This document shows positions 59,782-64,000 of a stretch of 64,000 nucleotides of DNA, piece after piece. Where the stretch lies: contig OY843751.1 in the NCBI GenBank assembly GCA_963693055.1, positions 2,624,001-2,688,000 on the forward strand, given 5' to 3'. Every line of letters starts with the position of its first letter. Positions within the stretch are counted from its first letter, which is position 1. The stretch is from a bacterium. Lineage in GTDB: Bacteria > Zhuqueibacterota > Zhuqueibacteria > Residuimicrobiales > Krinioviventaceae. The notes under the pieces were generated by a model. It ran no database searches and was not told where the DNA came from. It saw nothing but the letters and a program-made list of their open reading frames with translations. Made by a program: the position numbers and the translations under genes.

Positions 59782-60747
59782 TTAACAGTTGACTAGTTTA
59801 TTTTTAATATAATTTTCAAGTTGAAGTGTATCTTTGGTGAAATTGCGAATACCTTCTGCAAGCTTTTCTGTTCCCATAGCATCTTCATTGTGCATCCATC
59901 GAAATGATTTTTCATCAATTTCAATTAAGGATTCTCCGTTTTTACTTGCTGCTTCTTTGTTGAGTTTATGCTGTACTAGTTCGGTTTTATTTTTCAATTC
60001 TTCAAGCAGGTTTGGTGAAATAGTCAACAGATCACTCCCCACAAGTTCTGTAATCTCGTCAGTGTTTCTAAAACTAGCTCCCATAACCTGAGTTTTGAAT
60101 CCATTCTTTTTGTAATAATTATAAATACGCGTTACAGATTCAACTCCAGGATCTTTGTGCGGTTCAAAATGTTCTATACCCGTGGATTTTTTATACCAGT
60201 CCAGAATTCTCCCTACGAAAGGAGAAATCAGAGTGACTTTGGCTTGTGCGCAAGCTACTGCCTGAGCAAAACTGAATAATAACGTCATATTACATTTAAT
60301 ATCTTCCTTTTCAAGTATTTTGGCGGCTTCTATACCTTCCCAGGTAGATGCAATTTTTACCAAGATACGATCGCGATCGATACCCACATCTTTGTACATT
60401 TCAATAATTTCATGGGCCTTTTCTATGGTTGCTGCTGTATCAAATGATAATCGGGAATCCACTTCAGTTGATATTCTTCCGGGAATGATATCAAGTATTT
60501 CTTTGCCAAAATTTACTGCCAGTTTGTCCAGAGTGAGCTCAAGTTTATCTGATTCGGATTGAGCATTGTTGTTCCCAAAACATATGGCATCATTTACAAG
60601 ATGTTGATACTCTTCGCGTTGTGCTGCTTTGTATAGCAGAGAAGGGTTAGTTGTGGCATCTGTAGGCTGGTATTTTTGAATCTCCTGAATTTCCCCTGTA
60701 TCTGCAACGACTATTGTATACTGCTTTAGCTGTTCCAATTGATTCAT
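59782..60747 (-). CDS. tal: Transaldolase
   Basis: [41 protein letters not shown]. Confidence 0.97.
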   Translation of the reverse strand: MNQLEQLKQYTIVVADTGEIQEIQKYQPTDATTNPSLLYKAAQREEYQHLVNDAICFGNNNAQSESDKLELTLDKLAVNFGKEILDIIPGRISTEVDSRLSFDTAATIEKAHEIIEMYKDVGIDRDRILVKIASTWEGIEAAKILEKEDIKCNMTLLFSFAQAVACAQAKVTLISPFVGRILDWYKKSTGIEHFEPHKDPGVESVTRIYNYYKKNGFKTQVMGASFRNTDEITELVGSDLLTISPNLLEELKNKTELVQHKLNKEAASKNGESLIEIDEKSFRWMHNEDAMGTEKLAEGIRNFTKDTLQLENYIKNKLVNC

Positions 60748-60875
60748 ATGTCACCTCATTATTTATCTTTCACAATAAATAACATGCCAGTCAGGTCTAA
60801 TATTTCATTGCATTGTTAAAAGTAGAGTTAAATGGGTTGTTTGGGAATAATTAATATTACAAAAGAATGGATTCT

Positions 60876-60905
60876 AAATGTGGCTGATTTCCAGCCACAT
60901 TTTTT
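60876..60905. terminator. Terminator hairpin at the end of the REC-HDOD gene
   Basis: AAATGTGGCTG-ATTTC-CAGCCACATTTTTT. Confidence 0.7.
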
Positions 60906-62148
60906 ATACTGCACTTGTAATTTCATTTAGATCAAATTTAATTTCTTCACTGATTGTTTTAATCTTTTCTACCGGGAGTTCAATATAACCAAATTCAGTG
61001 TAATCAATTTCATTAATGTCATCCTGAGTAGCAATACGGTTTACCAAATCATTTGTAAAACGAGAGACAAGCAGTATATCATTATTTTTTGATAAATCAG
61101 ATGAAAAGCTGTGGTGTAAAAGTGCAACTTCAATACTGATAGGAGGCAGGTTCCACAAATTTAGCAAAAAAGCACCTACTTCTGTGTGTGTATTACCTGC
61201 AAGACCCATATCCAATTCACAATCATAAAAACTCATATAGGGATGTTGTTTTTGGTGCTCAATAATTTGTTCAAATCTGTCTGGAAAGTATTGAAGTAAA
61301 ATGATTTTACCAATATCATGAGTAATACCAACCGAATTGTATTTGGAATTAATGGGTTTCATAAATTTCAATTTATAGAACAATTGAATGTATTTATTTA
61401 CAATAGAAGAGTGGTCAATAATATTTTGAAAATATTGCTGTTGTACCGAGTTTAATGGCTTTTGTGTGGAAAGCGTTACTGCCAATACAATGTTTTTAAC
61501 AGCATTCAACCCCATGGTCATTATAGCATGTTCAATTGAGGCTGTTGGCTCTCCCAAACGTCTGTAAAAAGCACTGTTTGCAATGTGTAAAATCTTGGTT
61601 GTTACGGATACATCCTGTTTTATGATATCTGCAAACTCGTCAAAAGAAGCTTCTCTATGGAATGCACTCATAAAATACTGATATAACATCGGCAGACTGG
61701 GTAATCTGTCAAGACTGTTCATTAAATCAAGAATTTTATCGTTTTTAAATGAACGATGAAATTTGAGCATACGAATAATTTCATCACGCAGTTCTGTAGT
61801 GTCCCACGGTTTAGGAAAATAAGTAGATACCAGCCCATTAGTTAAAGCCTGAAGTGCAGTGGATTCGTCAACATAACCACTGAGAAAAACACGAATAATG
61901 GAAGGCCATTTCTTTTTAACCAACTCGAGAAATTCCATACCGTCCATTTCCGGCATCCGAATATCACTAATAACCATATCAATTTGTTCGGATTCAATGA
62001 TTTCAATACCTTCTTTAGCACTTGAAGCTGTAACAATGTCAAAATCATTTTGAAATAGAGTGTCTCGAATGACATTTAAAACACTAGCTTCATCATCTAC
62101 AAAAAGTACCTTGCCCATATTTGCTGCATTAACGTCAAAAGTGGTCAT
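60904..62148 (-). CDS. Response regulator with HDOD domain
   Basis: Receiver (FVDDE, SDIRMP, KPW) plus LPSLP, ILHIANSAFY, HDIGK, HTEVGA.LL.LWNLP. Confidence 0.92.
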   Translation of the reverse strand: MTTFDVNAANMGKVLFVDDEASVLNVIRDTLFQNDFDIVTASSAKEGIEIIESEQIDMVISDIRMPEMDGMEFLELVKKKWPSIIRVFLSGYVDESTALQALTNGLVSTYFPKPWDTTELRDEIIRMLKFHRSFKNDKILDLMNSLDRLPSLPMLYQYFMSAFHREASFDEFADIIKQDVSVTTKILHIANSAFYRRLGEPTASIEHAIMTMGLNAVKNIVLAVTLSTQKPLNSVQQQYFQNIIDHSSIVNKYIQLFYKLKFMKPINSKYNSVGITHDIGKIILLQYFPDRFEQIIEHQKQHPYMSFYDCELDMGLAGNTHTEVGAFLLNLWNLPPISIEVALLHHSFSSDLSKNNDILLVSRFTNDLVNRIATQDDINEIDYTEFGYIELPVEKIKTISEEIKFDLNEITSAV

Positions 62149-62236
62149 AATTGCTCCATTTTCCCTTTTAATACCCCTTAAATTTAATACCTTGTTTTAA
62201 AATAAGATATTCGGAAATCAATGTAAAGATTTTTTT

Positions 62237-62848
62237 TTATAGTTCAAGTAAGAAAAGAGTTGCAATAATTATACTCAAATCAGCTATCAAGTGAGAAAAA
62301 ATTGGAATTATTAAACCATTAAATTTCATTCTACATAATCTCCACATCCATGCTGTTAGAGATAATATTAAAAAGCTAAACAGAATCCATTCAATTTTAA
62401 TAAATTGATACAATACTATAGTGTGATATGCAGCAAACAAAAAATCTGTTAAAACCGGTTTTGTTGAATTTAAAAATAAAATGTCTCTCCAAAAATATTC
62501 CTCAAGGAAAGGGGTGGTCAAAGTATAATAGATGCTGAATATATAAAAAGAAAAACCATTCAAACCCAATGTTTCCAATGTAGATAACATTGACACGCTA
62601 TTCGAAACAATTGGCCATAAAATATAAATTGATATCCCTGAAGTTAATCCTGCCACTGAAAAGATAAGCAAATAAGTAAGGTTAAATCCTTTAAATAAAA
62701 TTTGAAAATTTCTTTCAGATGCTATAATGATTGTTAGTAAGATGATTGCATGATAGCCGATAATTGCGGCCCATGCATTTTTTAATATTATAATGCCAAT
62801 TACCATTATTAAAATTGGTAAACTAGCAATTAAATGTTTCTTGTTCAT
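62237..62848 (-). CDS. CPBP (CAAX/Abi) family intramembrane protease
   Basis: PFLEEYFWR, FAAYH, SHLIAD; many TM segments. Confidence 0.82.
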   Translation of the reverse strand: MNKKHLIASLPILIMVIGIIILKNAWAAIIGYHAIILLTIIIASERNFQILFKGFNLTYLLIFSVAGLTSGISIYILWPIVSNSVSMLSTLETLGLNGFSFYIFSIYYTLTTPFLEEYFWRDILFLNSTKPVLTDFLFAAYHTIVLYQFIKIEWILFSFLILSLTAWMWRLCRMKFNGLIIPIFSHLIADLSIIIATLFLLEL

Positions 62849-62874
62849 TAAAACACCCCTTATAAAACAGGTAA

Positions 62875-63636
62875 TTATTTCTTTGTGTTTTGCATATTTA
62901 CCCCTTTAAGCACTTTATCTGAATAACCCCAACCAAATTCAGATGGAAGGTCGACAAGTATAAAACTCGATTTTTTGATAGATTTGATGAGTAATTGATT
63001 TTCAAGTTCAATTCTTGCCTGATCATTTGTTTTTATGACAGAATCATTAACATTAAACATGCCTGAAATATTATATATAAATATTCGTCTTTTATCATAA
63101 AGGTCATAAAACAAGGTTTTATCCGGTTCTAAATCGCATCTATATATGGTTGCATCTGCATTTATGTGCACGGCTTCGTCAAAACCCTGGCCCGAAGCAA
63201 TGGGGTAAATATTGTTTAACCAATTTCGGGATCTTGTTTTTTTAATTTCTGTGGTGGGTTCTAGATTGTGTTTATTGGGATAGAGCCAGATTTGAAAATA
63301 TTGTACCGGTTTTTCTGAAAAATTAATTTCAGAATGACGAACACCCGTCCCCGCGCTGAGGGAATGGACTTGATTGGTTGAAATTACAGTTTTGTTGTTC
63401 ATATTATCATGATGGGTTATATCCCCCTTGTGAACCAGTGTAACAATTTCCATGTTTTTATGGGGATGGGTTGGGAAGCCACATTGAGGTTCAATATGAT
63501 CATGATTAAATATCCGTAAATTTCCAAATTGGATGTTATTCGGGTCGTAATAACTGGAAAATGAAAATAGCCACCACGCTTTTAACCAACCCAGATTTGT
63601 GTAATGACGTTCGTCGGCTCTAATTATTCGTATCAT
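62875..63636 (-). CDS. Pirin family protein
   Basis: FSFSSYYDP, GFPTHPHKNMEI, SAGTGVRHSE, QIW. Confidence 0.93.
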   Translation of the reverse strand: MIRIIRADERHYTNLGWLKAWWLFSFSSYYDPNNIQFGNLRIFNHDHIEPQCGFPTHPHKNMEIVTLVHKGDITHHDNMNNKTVISTNQVHSLSAGTGVRHSEINFSEKPVQYFQIWLYPNKHNLEPTTEIKKTRSRNWLNNIYPIASGQGFDEAVHINADATIYRCDLEPDKTLFYDLYDKRRIFIYNISGMFNVNDSVIKTNDQARIELENQLLIKSIKKSSFILVDLPSEFGWGYSDKVLKGVNMQNTKK

Positions 63637-63638
63637 AA

Positions 63639-64000
63639 TTATTCATATCTTATTGGCCAGGATTCAGAATCAGTATGGGCTTTTTCAAGTCTTGCTTTAA
63701 CTTTTTCTAGAATATCCGGATGTGCATTTGCAACATTGGTGGTTTCACCCAAATCAGAATCCAGATCAAACAATTCAATTTGAGCATTCGGGCCATCCTG
63801 AACAGCTTTCCAGTAATTCATACGCAGAGCAAAACGTGTGGGTTTGTTCCAATGAAATTCCCAATACAGGTATTCATGTTGTTTTTGAATTTCAGATTTG
63901 CCTAAAAGCGTAGGCAGGAATGATATTCCATCGATATTTTCAGGGATTTCAATTCCAGCAAGTTCAACACAAGTAGGAAGGAGGTCCCAAAACGCAGAGA
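63639..64000 (-). CDS. Arylsulfatase-family protein, C-terminal part (5' end outside window)
   Basis: Frame is open to the window edge: SAFWDLLPTCVELAG...DGISFLPTLLG...HEYLYWEF...ELFDLDSDLGETTNVA. Confidence 0.9.
   Translation of the reverse strand, partial: SAFWDLLPTCVELAGIEIPENIDGISFLPTLLGKSEIQKQHEYLYWEFHWNKPTRFALRMNYWKAVQDGPNAQIELFDLDSDLGETTNVANAHPDILEKVKARLEKAHTDSESWPIRYE

Noticed and set aside
63639-63821. 60-aa ORF as a separate small gene or frameshifted fragment
   Set aside because: The frame is open to the window edge; it is the C-terminus of a sulfatase.
2785-63913. Many 60-156 aa ORFs overlapping annotated genes
   Set aside because: Antisense or alternate-frame shadows of well-supported genes, with no recognisable motifs.

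Overview
AT-rich bacterial chromosome segment. PorV-like barrels, a Bacteroidota-type omega subunit, a long S16 and a DUF4296-like lipoprotein suggest an FCB-related lineage such as KSB1 or Calditrichota (inference). Positions 1-41.6 kb are a dense, almost entirely + strand housekeeping block: xseAB-dxs-nadK-mutS, yicC-gmk-rpoZ-coaBC-dnaB-rel, lnt-bamD-nadD, radA-tgt-yajC-fmt-rsmB-rpe, xerD-birA-coaX and ffh-rpsP-rimM-trmD-rplS. Positions 41.6-64 kb are a mostly - strand accessory region. It holds a blaI/blaR-type locus whose M56 protease gene is cut by two complete IS elements (IS256 family and IS3 family) and can be rejoined in frame, two pseudogenes, metE, transaldolase and signalling genes. 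It also holds a divergent cytochrome pair: a tetraheme c554-type protein and a lipoprotein with 21 heme motifs built from nine tandem two-heme repeats, with two Rex-like operators between them. The best candidates for new biology are this repeat-built multiheme 'wire' module, a catalytically eroded UDG-fold gene abutting dnaB, and a caspase-family protease with an unknown C-terminal domain. No rRNA, tRNA, CRISPR array or riboswitch was recognised. All calls come from reading motifs by eye; no database searches were run.
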